This document shows, one piece after another, positions 7,919-16,235 of a stretch of 32,137 nt of DNA. The stretch is from Polyangiales bacterium. GTDB lineage: Bacteria; Myxococcota_A; Polyangia; Polyangiales; Houyiibacteriaceae. Where the stretch lies: the NCBI GenBank assembly GCA_045106895.1, contig JBGCFM010000228.1, positions 1 to 32,137 of the forward strand. The letters run 5' to 3'. Numbering within the stretch: the stretch's first letter is position 1; the number at the start of each line of letters is the position of its first letter. A program made the translations under genes and the position numbers. The notes under the pieces were generated by a model. It did not search any database. It saw only the letters and a program-made list of their open reading frames with translations, and had not been told where the DNA came from.

Positions 7919-9814
7919 TCAGAACGACTGCAGCACAGCGTCCGGCGTCGTCGGCTCGTTGCCGAAGGTCGCGTCGACGGCCGCCCCCGCCGCTCCATCG
8001 AGGGCCACGCTTGGTGCAGGAGTCACACCCTGCGTGTAAAGCGGATAACGGATCTGAACGCGGCCCGCGAAGGCGGGCACTTCGAGTCGACCCGCGGCGT
8101 CGCGCAGACACACCCGCAGAGCGTCTGGCATCTCGCCCCTCACTGCAGCGGAGACGACCTCTTGATCGGCCAGCGTCAGCTCGTACACGGCGCGCACGGA
8201 GTGGTCTTCGCGTCCTCGCCGGTCGCTCCGCAGACATGCGCGGGCTGCGGGGATGAGGCGTGAACGCAAGAGTGAAAGAACAGGCTCCGAGGCAAATGAG
8301 GTCGCCGCATTTTCTGTCGGTTCGCTCGCCGCTGGAAACTCGCCCGCCCGCGCGGCGTGGTTGGCTCGACCTGCGACGGCGAGCTCGCTGACTTCGCCGC
8401 TCATCGCGATGGCCCGGGCTCCGGCGACGGGCGCGCCACGACGACCACGGAGCGTTCGCGATTGACCCACTCCACTGCCGCTAGCCGTCACAGAGAGGAG
8501 CTGCTCGAAGAGCGCGTCGCCTTCTGTGCTCGAGGCATCCCAGATCTGGCCGCCGCTTGCTCCGACGAATGCGCGGATAGCTTCATCTACGTCGCGATCG
8601 ACAACCTGGATGTAGTGCACGCGCACGCCCGGCGGCGCACGAAGCTCCTCGCCCGGGGTCAGCCCGCCGTCACCGACGACGACCATCAGATCCCCACGGC
8701 GCAGCTGAAGAGTGTCGACGACGGTGTCCAAACGAGACGCCGCGCCGAGGTCAAGACCGACGCCGCGTGCGCTGAGATCTTGCGGAACTTCGCGCACTTC
8801 GCGTCGCTCCATGATCGAGACGCTGCGACCTGCCACGGCGGCGGCGCGGACATGAGAGCCGGACGGCAAGCCGCGGACCAGCGCGCGAACAACATCCGCG
8901 CTACGTCCTCGAGCCGGCCCCCGCGTCGAGGGCGAAACATCAAGGGCCAAGGCCAAGTTCACTGGACGACGGGAGCTCACGCTCGACTCGACGTACTCGC
9001 GTGTGCACCAGCGGCCTCCGCATCGATAGGAGCTTCGGGCCGTACGGCGACCGGGCCGGACTTGTGCGTAGAGCTGCGTCGAGCTCCAAGGCTCGACGAG
9101 CCGCGCGCGGGTCCCGAGGACTTCTTCTTGAATGCTCGCGCTCTCGTAACCTTCGGCGATGAAGGTGACGCGCGCCGGCGCCACGCGAAGGTCGTGGCCG
9201 CGCTTTGGCAGCACCATGCGCGCGACTCCCCCGCGGACGCGAGCCGGCGCGACATAGCTCCATCGCACCTCGGTATTTTGCCCTTGGCGGAGCGGAGCGA
9301 CACGCAACATCGCGTAGCCGTCTTCCATCTGGATGTGGGCGCCGGCGAGCCCGCCATCGAGGCCGAAGGAGTCGTCGAACTCCCCGCGGTTTCCGCCCTC
9401 TGCGGCGCGGCACTCCGACCCGTTGCAAACCTCAAGGCTGCCCAGGCGCGCGCCGTCCGGGAGCGGCACGCGGTACAGCACCTCCGCGGCAAAGCGACCC
9501 GAGTGGGCGAAGACCTGTCGAAGAGTCACCGAAGCGAGTCCATGTCGAAGGTGCGCGAAGACGTGATGCTCCGTCTCTCTGACGCCGGGGATGGCCGCTA
9601 ACACCTCGCCCACTTCGCTCTCCGGAGGGACATCGCGCGGCGAAGCGAGCTCGACCTCGGCGAGGGAGCCCGTGTTACCCGTGCTCAGTGGGTCGAGCGG
9701 GTCGCCCGAGGGAAAGAGACGCTCGATGGCCTCCTGAGATTCCTGTGCGGATGCTGGATACACAGCAAAGAGGAGCAGGGCGGAAACAAAGATCGACTGG
9801 GCGCGCACAAACAT
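7919..9814 (-). CDS. Secreted VIT + vWA-like protein with AgmX/PglI (TonB-C-like) C-terminal domain
   Basis: Signal peptide (ASA-QE); VIT-like LASVTLRQVF...EVLYRVPLPDGA; MIDAS-like DVSPS; C-terminal ARAC...LRVCL...QIRYPL. Confidence 0.7.
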   Translation of the reverse strand: MFVRAQSIFVSALLLFAVYPASAQESQEAIERLFPSGDPLDPLSTGNTGSLAEVELASPRDVPPESEVGEVLAAIPGVRETEHHVFAHLRHGLASVTLRQVFAHSGRFAAEVLYRVPLPDGARLGSLEVCNGSECRAAEGGNRGEFDDSFGLDGGLAGAHIQMEDGYAMLRVAPLRQGQNTEVRWSYVAPARVRGGVARMVLPKRGHDLRVAPARVTFIAEGYESASIQEEVLGTRARLVEPWSSTQLYAQVRPGRRTARSSYRCGGRWCTREYVESSVSSRRPVNLALALDVSPSTRGPARGRSADVVRALVRGLPSGSHVRAAAVAGRSVSIMERREVREVPQDLSARGVGLDLGAASRLDTVVDTLQLRRGDLMVVVGDGGLTPGEELRAPPGVRVHYIQVVDRDVDEAIRAFVGASGGQIWDASSTEGDALFEQLLSVTASGSGVGQSRTLRGRRGAPVAGARAIAMSGEVSELAVAGRANHAARAGEFPAASEPTENAATSFASEPVLSLLRSRLIPAARACLRSDRRGREDHSVRAVYELTLADQEVVSAAVRGEMPDALRVCLRDAAGRLEVPAFAGRVQIRYPLYTQGVTPAPSVALDGAAGAAVDATFGNEPTTPDAVLQSF

Positions 9815-9955
9815 CAGGACAGCTACAGTGTTCGATTGTTCCGGCGAACCTGCAATTCGCGCGCTCTCGCTGCTGCTCGAAGGGCGGATTTAAGCGAAAA
9901 TGCCGCGATCGCCGTCCGCATGGAAGAAAGTGAACCTTCGCGGCGTAGAGCTAGC

Positions 9956-10618
9956 GTGCGCGCCGCCACAATTATTTTCGCCTCCCTCTGCGCTTGCGCT
10001 TCCTCTGAGCAAGCTCCGCCAGTCGTCGAGCCGTCGAATGCCGCCGCCGAACAACCGGCTCTTGCAGCGACCAACGACTTCGTCGTGCTCAACGAAGGGC
10101 CCTGGCTACGTGTCTCTGCTGAACAACGCGCTTACCAAAGCGAGCGCTCCGAGCATTTCTTCGTTCGTGTTCGCCTCGACAACCTGACGGACGGGGAGCT
10201 TGGCGTGGACCTGCGTGATCGCGACCGAGCGCTGTATCCAAACCAATGGGGCGGGCTCATGCAGCCCCATCGCCTCATCATCGACGAGAGGCGGGCTGTG
10301 CCCATCGAGGTGACGCCGGAACTTGAATCCACCCTGCGTCGTGACTTCGACGCGCGAGCGCTCACCTTCATCGAGGCCCACGGGCGAGCGGAGTTCTACG
10401 TCGACTTCAACGCCAGTGCGGCAGCGGAGCTCCTCGCCGTTGAGGAGCCGTACCTCTACATCAGCATGGCGGGTCAGTTTTTCGTGACCGATGGGAGTCG
10501 CGCCCGCTCCGTCACCTTGGACGACGTCGAGAACATTGATCGGGAGGATCTCATCTTCGTTCCCCCGAGCCGATTGCCCTCGATTCCGCCTGACGCTCAC
10601 GTGATCGCCCGCGACTAA
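9956..10618 (+). CDS. Hypothetical lipoprotein
   Basis: In-frame GTG at 9956 gives MRAATIIFASLCAC (lipobox-like); beta-rich body (FFVRVRLDNLT). Alternative start 9920. Confidence 0.65.
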   Translation: MRAATIIFASLCACASSEQAPPVVEPSNAAAEQPALAATNDFVVLNEGPWLRVSAEQRAYQSERSEHFFVRVRLDNLTDGELGVDLRDRDRALYPNQWGGLMQPHRLIIDERRAVPIEVTPELESTLRRDFDARALTFIEAHGRAEFYVDFNASAAAELLAVEEPYLYISMAGQFFVTDGSRARSVTLDDVENIDREDLIFVPPSRLPSIPPDAHVIARD

Positions 10619-10918
10619 ACCACCTCGAGCGGAAAAAATACCGAGGGGCAACCCATCGTCTCGCCGATCCCGGCGTCCCTGCATTTCGAGCGCTTTTGCG
10701 CACATGATCCGCAGACGCCCGATCAATTCCTGCGGGGAACGTCCCTAGAACTGAGGATTCAGGCGAAATGGCCCGATCGACGAAATGAGCTGGGTCAGAG
10801 CGTCACACCTCATTCGGATCGCGCGAAACCAGCCTTAGGTCAGGATCGCCCTAGCAAATACGCCCTCACTGGTTATCATCCCTCCAGCGCAGGCCCAGCC
10901 TGCAGGAGGAGTGCACGG

Positions 10919-12142
10919 ATGGTTTTTGGAAAGGTCTTCAACTTCGTAAAGGACGGCGTCCAAGAGATGCTGATCCATCGCCCGGACGACAAGAAAAACC
11001 TGATCATCTACAAGCACCCGGAAAACACCATTCCGAAGTTCTCTCAGCTGACCGTCGACGCCGACGAAGCTGCGGTGTTCTTCCGTGACGGTGCGATCAT
11101 CGGGACGATGCGAACGGCGGGAGCCGGCCAGCGTCACATGCTCGACTCTCAGAACATTCCGTTCCTGAGTTCTCTCGTCGACAGCGTGACCGGTGGCAAC
11201 ATCTTCATCACGGACCTCTACTTCGTCACGATGCGCCCGATCTACGATCAGCGTTTCGGCGGGGAACTCGGCTACGTCGAGGACCCGATGCTTGGCGAGA
11301 TGGTCACTCCACGCATCTTCGGCAAGTTTGCCTTCCAGATCGTCGACCCGGCGCGCTTCATCGTGAACTACGTCGGCATGCAGGGGAACGTTGGCAACGA
11401 AGCTGTGATGGGCTGGATTCAGGAGCGCTTCCGCAGCTCCATCAAGACCGTCATCGGCAACGTCCTGGTCACGGAGCAGAAGAGCTTCCTTCAGCTCATG
11501 CCGCTTCAAGAGCAGCTCGCTCGGGCCATGGAGCAGAACGCGCCGGACCTCGCGGACATCGGCGTCAAGATCACGCAGATCGGCGACTTCAACCTCAACC
11601 TCTCCGAAGAGGACGAGGCGACGCTCAAGACGGCTCAGTCCGAGATCGGTGCAGCGAAGCGTGCCGCACGCGTGGCGAATATCGCCATCGCTCAGGCTCA
11701 GGCCGAAGCTCAGCAGAAGCAGTTCGAGCTCGACCAGACCTTCCAGCAGGACGCTCGCTACACGGGCCTCGCAGGCGGCAACTTCACCGCAGCGGCCGCA
11801 GGCCAGGCGATGATCGGCGCAGGTAAGGGCATGGCCCAAGGCGGCGGCGGCGGCGAAGGTGGCGGCGGCAACCCAATGATGGCCGGCGCTGGAATGGGCG
11901 TTGGCTTCGGCATGGCTCAAATGATGGGCGGCGGCATGGCGGCTCAGCCTCCAGCTCCAGCTCCAGCGGCGGGCAGCGGTCCTGTCACGTGTGGCGGCTG
12001 CAACGCCAGCGTTCCCGCAGGAAAATTTTGCGCGGAGTGCGGTGCCAGCCTCAGCCCCTCCCCGAAGTTCTGCCCGTCTTGCGGCATCCAGAACGCCGCC
12101 GGCGCCAAGTTCTGCTCGGGCTGCGGGACGTCGACCGGATAG
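10919..12142 (+). CDS. SPFH/Band-7 domain protein (YdjI-like) with C-terminal double zinc ribbon
   Basis: SQLTVDADEAAVFFRDG, LYFV, FGKFAFQIVDP; Gly/Met-rich linker (GAGMGVGFGMA); four CxxC pairs (CGGC, CAEC, CPSC, CSGC). AGGAGG Shine-Dalgarno upstream. Confidence 0.88.
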   Translation: MVFGKVFNFVKDGVQEMLIHRPDDKKNLIIYKHPENTIPKFSQLTVDADEAAVFFRDGAIIGTMRTAGAGQRHMLDSQNIPFLSSLVDSVTGGNIFITDLYFVTMRPIYDQRFGGELGYVEDPMLGEMVTPRIFGKFAFQIVDPARFIVNYVGMQGNVGNEAVMGWIQERFRSSIKTVIGNVLVTEQKSFLQLMPLQEQLARAMEQNAPDLADIGVKITQIGDFNLNLSEEDEATLKTAQSEIGAAKRAARVANIAIAQAQAEAQQKQFELDQTFQQDARYTGLAGGNFTAAAAGQAMIGAGKGMAQGGGGGEGGGGNPMMAGAGMGVGFGMAQMMGGGMAAQPPAPAPAAGSGPVTCGGCNASVPAGKFCAECGASLSPSPKFCPSCGIQNAAGAKFCSGCGTSTG

Positions 12143-12143
12143 T

Positions 12144-12362
12144 ATGTTGCGCCTGATCGGGTGGCTTTGCTTCGCCGCTGCACTACCGCTGCTTCAAGCG
12201 CAGTCGTGTGGTTTCGAGGGGTCGCGCGATCTAGGCGAGCCATGCACGCGCCCGTCGGACTGTGAGGAAGACCTTACATGTTCTTCGGGCGTCTGTAGTT
12301 TCAGCGATGCGGGTGTGCCAGCAGATGCCGGGTTGGTCGACGCTGCGACCGATGAGGACTAA
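12144..12362 (+). CDS. Small secreted or lipid-anchored protein with one four-Cys module
   Basis: ATG 1 nt after the SPFH stop; signal-like MLRLIGWLCFAAALPLLQAQSC; CTRPSDCEEDLTCSSGVC; DAG-rich acidic tail. The ORF-track start at 11991 overlaps SPFH and is unlikely. Confidence 0.7.
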   Translation: MLRLIGWLCFAAALPLLQAQSCGFEGSRDLGEPCTRPSDCEEDLTCSSGVCSFSDAGVPADAGLVDAATDED

Positions 12363-12408
12363 GGTCGGCGCCGCGGCTCTGGCCGCCGATGCTCCTTCCT
12401 AAGGCCTC

Positions 12409-14082
12409 ATGGACACTCTTCCGCTGGAATGCCCGGAATGCGGCGAACGCTTTCCCCAAGAATCGAGCTTCTGCCCGCATGATGGTCAGGCTCTTGTCGG
12501 TGCCGGTGCGTCGACGTTGATGTACGACGGTGACCCTTCGGGCGGGCACGCAGCGGAGGAGAGTTTCGTTGGCGCGCCAAGCCGCGTGACGGAGGAGAAT
12601 CCCTCGGGCGGTTTCGGCGGGGAGCACACCGACGAGGCGCCGCCGCGCGTTCCCTCTCGAATCCCGTCTGTGCTTCCAGCTCCACCTCTGCAGCCGCCGA
12701 AGCAGGACCCACTGCTGGGATCCCTCGTCGGTTCATACCGCGTTGAAGGGGTACTCGGACAAGGCGGCATGGGTCGCATCTATCGTGCGGTCCACACCCA
12801 GCTCGGGAAAGTCGTCGCCATCAAAGTGCTCCGCGCGGAGGTCGCGGAAGACGGTGAAGCGAACGCACGCTTCATTCGCGAGGCGCGTTCAACGAGCGCG
12901 ATCGGCCACCCCAACATCGTCGATGTCTTGGACTTCGGCGCCCTCGAGGATGGCCGCTCTTATTTCGTCATGGAGCTCCTTGAAGGAGGGTCGCTCTACC
13001 ACGTGATCAAACAGCTCGGGCGCATCGAGCCTCCTCGCGCGTTGCGCATGATCGAACGCCTCGCCTCGGCGCTTCAGGCGGCGCACACGCGCGGGATCAT
13101 TCACCGCGACTTGAAGCCTGGAAACGTCTTCGTGTGTGGAGACATTCATCGCTCGTCGGAGGTCAAGCTGCTGGATTTTGGCATCGCCAAGATCGCAGAC
13201 GCGACGGTTCGACTCACCGTCGCCGGGTCCATTTTCGGTACCCCACAATACATGGCTCCGGAGCAGTGCATTGGCTCCGAGGTCGACCACCGCGCCGACA
13301 TCTACGCGCTTGGGATTCTGCTCTTTGAGATGCTCACCGGCGCGCCGCCTTTCGATGACCGCGTTCCTGTCGAGATTCTTATCAAACAGCGGTCCTCGCC
13401 CGTTCCACATCTGCCTCGCGAGCTTGCGGCGCTGGACCCACTTATCCAGCGCGTCTTGGCGAAGGAGCCGGACGCTCGTTACCAGTCCATGAGCGAATTC
13501 GGCATCGCCGTGGAGGACGCGAGCGACGCGCTCAACGCCCCCCAGGCGGCAGAGCCAGTCGCTCCAGAGCGCGCTCGCACCGTCGGCTTCAACTACGAAG
13601 CCCCGCCGACGGACGTCGCCGCCCCCGCACCCTACGCGAACGTGCAGCCCGCCAGCGCGCCGGCCAACGCGCCGCCCGTCGCGTCGCATGCTTCGGCGCT
13701 TGCGCCCCCAACTCCGGCTGTCCAGCCGGCGCGCCCCAGCTCCTCACGTGGGCGCATCGCCCTGCTCATCATGGGCGCCCTCACCGTCATTCTCATCGGC
13801 GCAGGGCTCGTCATCACATTTGCCAGCCCGACGGAGGATGTTGCCCCTCGCGCTGTTCCTTTGGCGCCGGCTGCCGCGGCGTTGATCAACGTGACCACAC
13901 AACCTGCCGGCGCGCAGGTCTTTTCAGGCCAGACCTTGGTCGGCGTCACGCCTTGCCCAATCCCGCGTCCGGCGGCGGACCAAGCGTTCCGTGTCAGCCT
14001 GTCGGGGCACGTCGACGCGACCTTTAGCCTTGGCCCTGCTTCTTCGGACGTTCACAGCGTCGTCCTCGTTCCATCTCCCTGA
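12409..14082 (+). CDS. Transmembrane Ser/Thr kinase with N-terminal zinc ribbon and C-terminal PEGA-like domain
   Basis: CPECG...FCPHDG; GQGGMG, VAIK, HRDLKPGN, DFG, GTPQYMAPE; TM IALLIMGALTVILIGAGLVITF; PEGA-like VTTQPAGAQV...GVTP. Confidence 0.93.
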   Translation: MDTLPLECPECGERFPQESSFCPHDGQALVGAGASTLMYDGDPSGGHAAEESFVGAPSRVTEENPSGGFGGEHTDEAPPRVPSRIPSVLPAPPLQPPKQDPLLGSLVGSYRVEGVLGQGGMGRIYRAVHTQLGKVVAIKVLRAEVAEDGEANARFIREARSTSAIGHPNIVDVLDFGALEDGRSYFVMELLEGGSLYHVIKQLGRIEPPRALRMIERLASALQAAHTRGIIHRDLKPGNVFVCGDIHRSSEVKLLDFGIAKIADATVRLTVAGSIFGTPQYMAPEQCIGSEVDHRADIYALGILLFEMLTGAPPFDDRVPVEILIKQRSSPVPHLPRELAALDPLIQRVLAKEPDARYQSMSEFGIAVEDASDALNAPQAAEPVAPERARTVGFNYEAPPTDVAAPAPYANVQPASAPANAPPVASHASALAPPTPAVQPARPSSSRGRIALLIMGALTVILIGAGLVITFASPTEDVAPRAVPLAPAAAALINVTTQPAGAQVFSGQTLVGVTPCPIPRPAADQAFRVSLSGHVDATFSLGPASSDVHSVVLVPSP

Positions 14083-14093
14083 AAGATCCCCAA

Positions 14094-15686
14094 GTGCGCG
14101 CTTCTCTTCGAACGTCTCGTCTCGCTCTTCTGCTCGTCGCGCTGGGGTGCGGCGGAAGCACTCCCAACGTCCAAAACGAACCTCCGGGAGAGCGCATACA
14201 AGCGCCTGGTCCGGCGGCGACGGACTACCGCACTACGGCGGACGGTCGCGGTGCACAAGGACAGCGAGCCACTTACATCGAGGCCGCGCTTCAAAGCGCA
14301 GCAACAGACGCCGGGCGTTCCCTTCAAGGAGACAGTCGACTCGCGACGCTCGCGAGCTGGGTCGCGCAACACGCGATGGAGGGAGAGTCGATTCGCCAGG
14401 AGGTGGTGTCGTTCTTCACCCATCACTTGGGTTTGGTGGAGCAGCCGCACTTTTTGCTGCAATCGACGAGCGGCGCGACGCACGAGATGAGCGAAGAGCT
14501 CGGCGGTGCGTTTCGTCGCCGACCCTACACGCACTACGGTATCGCCGTGCTCGAACAGAACGGTGGTCACCTCGCCATCGTCACCCTCGCGTCGCGGCCG
14601 GCGAACCTTGAGCCCCTGCCGAGAACTCAAGCCCCAGGGCCGCTGAGTATTCAAGGCGAACTCGCGGAGGGCTACGAGCGGCCGGTGCTCGCGTTGACTC
14701 GGCCTAGCGGCGTGACGGAGCGCGTTCCCATGGGGAGCGGGCCAACGTTTCTGACTCAGGTCCCGGCGCAAACCCCAGGCACCTATCAGGTCGAGGTGTT
14801 GGCGGAAGGACCTCTTGGCCTCGCCGTCGTCGCTAACGCGCCCGTGTTCGTCGGCGTCGAGCCACCGACGTATGTCGAGCTGCGCGGCGCTGGCGCAGGC
14901 GAGGCGGGTGATGTCGATGCCGTCGGGGAGGCGCTCCTCGCTCTTATCAACGAGTCACGCACCACACGTGGCCTCAACGCACTCGAGCGCATGACCCCGC
15001 TCGACGCCGCTGCGCTCTCGCACAGCGAAGACATGCGGGACAACGAGTTCACGGGACACCGCTCGCCAACGCACGGTGACACCGCGCAGCGCGTCGCCGG
15101 CGCCGGAATTCAAAGTGGGCTCATCCTCGAGAACATCGGGCGTGGCTACGGTGCCGTCGAGATTCACGCGGGCTTGATGGAGAGCCCAGGCCATCGCGCC
15201 AACATCCTCAACGAGCAGACCACGCACATCGGAATCGGCGTGACGCAGGCGGAACGCGATCGCGCGTTCTTGGCTACGCAGCTCTTTATTCGCGTCAGCC
15301 GCGAGATCGATCCCGACGAGACCCAAGAGCAGCTCCTCGCCGCCATCAACCGCGCGCGAGAGGCACGTGGAGCCCCTCCTCTGGAACTCGAGGAGAACCT
15401 GGCCACCGCCGCCCGGGGCGCCGCCGAGCAGTTCTTCTCCGACCCAGATGCCTCCCAGCAGTCCGTTGTGGATGACGCGAGTCGGGGATTACGCCGTTTT
15501 GCCGTCGCCTTCCGGCGCGTCAGCGGCTTGATGACCGTCGTTGGTGATCCTCGGGATGCGGAGCACCTAGAGCCCACTTTTGACCCAGAAGTTCGCTTTG
15601 TGGGCATCGGTGTGGCCCAAGGAACCCGGGCCGATAGCCCTCCGAATAGTATTGGTGTCGTGATCTTGCTGGCTTGGCCTCGTTGA
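14094..15686 (+). CDS. CAP (SCP/PR-1) domain lipoprotein
   Basis: VALGC lipobox; LINESR...HSEDM...H...ENIG...LMESPGHRANIL...IGIG; second degenerate CAP repeat from AINRAR. Confidence 0.88.
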   Translation: MRASLRTSRLALLLVALGCGGSTPNVQNEPPGERIQAPGPAATDYRTTADGRGAQGQRATYIEAALQSAATDAGRSLQGDSRLATLASWVAQHAMEGESIRQEVVSFFTHHLGLVEQPHFLLQSTSGATHEMSEELGGAFRRRPYTHYGIAVLEQNGGHLAIVTLASRPANLEPLPRTQAPGPLSIQGELAEGYERPVLALTRPSGVTERVPMGSGPTFLTQVPAQTPGTYQVEVLAEGPLGLAVVANAPVFVGVEPPTYVELRGAGAGEAGDVDAVGEALLALINESRTTRGLNALERMTPLDAAALSHSEDMRDNEFTGHRSPTHGDTAQRVAGAGIQSGLILENIGRGYGAVEIHAGLMESPGHRANILNEQTTHIGIGVTQAERDRAFLATQLFIRVSREIDPDETQEQLLAAINRAREARGAPPLELEENLATAARGAAEQFFSDPDASQQSVVDDASRGLRRFAVAFRRVSGLMTVVGDPRDAEHLEPTFDPEVRFVGIGVAQGTRADSPPNSIGVVILLAWPR

Positions 15687-15729
15687 AGATGTTGACCCAC
15701 TCGCCACCACTCGCATATCGTCCGTGCCT

Positions 15730-16146
15730 ATGAGGTCGATTCGCTCCTTTATCCTTGCCTCCTTGGCCCTCGCCCTGCCTGCCTTCGGCTGCGGTGGCTC
15801 GGACGGCGGTGACATGGTCATTCTTGATGTCCAGCCACGAAACGCCGCCATGCAGGTGCAGTCGCCGATCACGGTCACGGGAATGAACTTCCGAACCGAC
15901 ATTGGTTACACCGTCTTCTTCGGCATTCATGCGTCGCCTCAGGTCACCATCATCGACCCCGAGACATTGCTCGTCGCATCTCCCCAGGTGGACGAAGCGG
16001 GGCGCGTTGACATCACGATCCGTGCTGACGATGGACAGGCATTTCAGATCACCGATGCTTTCGAATACCAAGACGTCGGTGGCAACGTTGTTGAGCAGCT
16101 CGGTTCCGGCCCCACCAAGCGTGAGGGTGGCTCTCTCGCCTACTGA
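15730..16146 (+). CDS. IPT/TIG domain lipoprotein
   Basis: PAFGC lipobox; DVQP...ITVTGMNF...VFFG...SP...GRVDITI...AFEY matches the IPT/TIG pattern. Confidence 0.8.
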   Translation: MRSIRSFILASLALALPAFGCGGSDGGDMVILDVQPRNAAMQVQSPITVTGMNFRTDIGYTVFFGIHASPQVTIIDPETLLVASPQVDEAGRVDITIRADDGQAFQITDAFEYQDVGGNVVEQLGSGPTKREGGSLAY

Positions 16147-16186
16147 TTTTGGGGGATGCCCGTCACGCAACTTCGGCGGGCACAGC

Positions 16187-16216
16187 TTGACTTGAACCCG
16201 CTCGAATCGGCATCCT
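16187..16216 (+). promoter_or_regulatory. Possible sigma70-type promoter for the response regulator
   Basis: TTGACT (16187-16192), 18 bp spacer, CATCCT (16211-16216), 19 nt before the GTG start. Confidence 0.3.
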
Positions 16217-16235
16217 GCCGCTGAGTTCGTAGACA

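Noticed and set aside
10619..10918. Riboswitch or ncRNA in the 300-bp region upstream of the SPFH gene
   Set aside because: Only a short hairpin (CCTCG...CGAGG, about 10623-10645) and a Shine-Dalgarno are visible; no known aptamer recognised. An Rfam/Infernal scan would be decisive.
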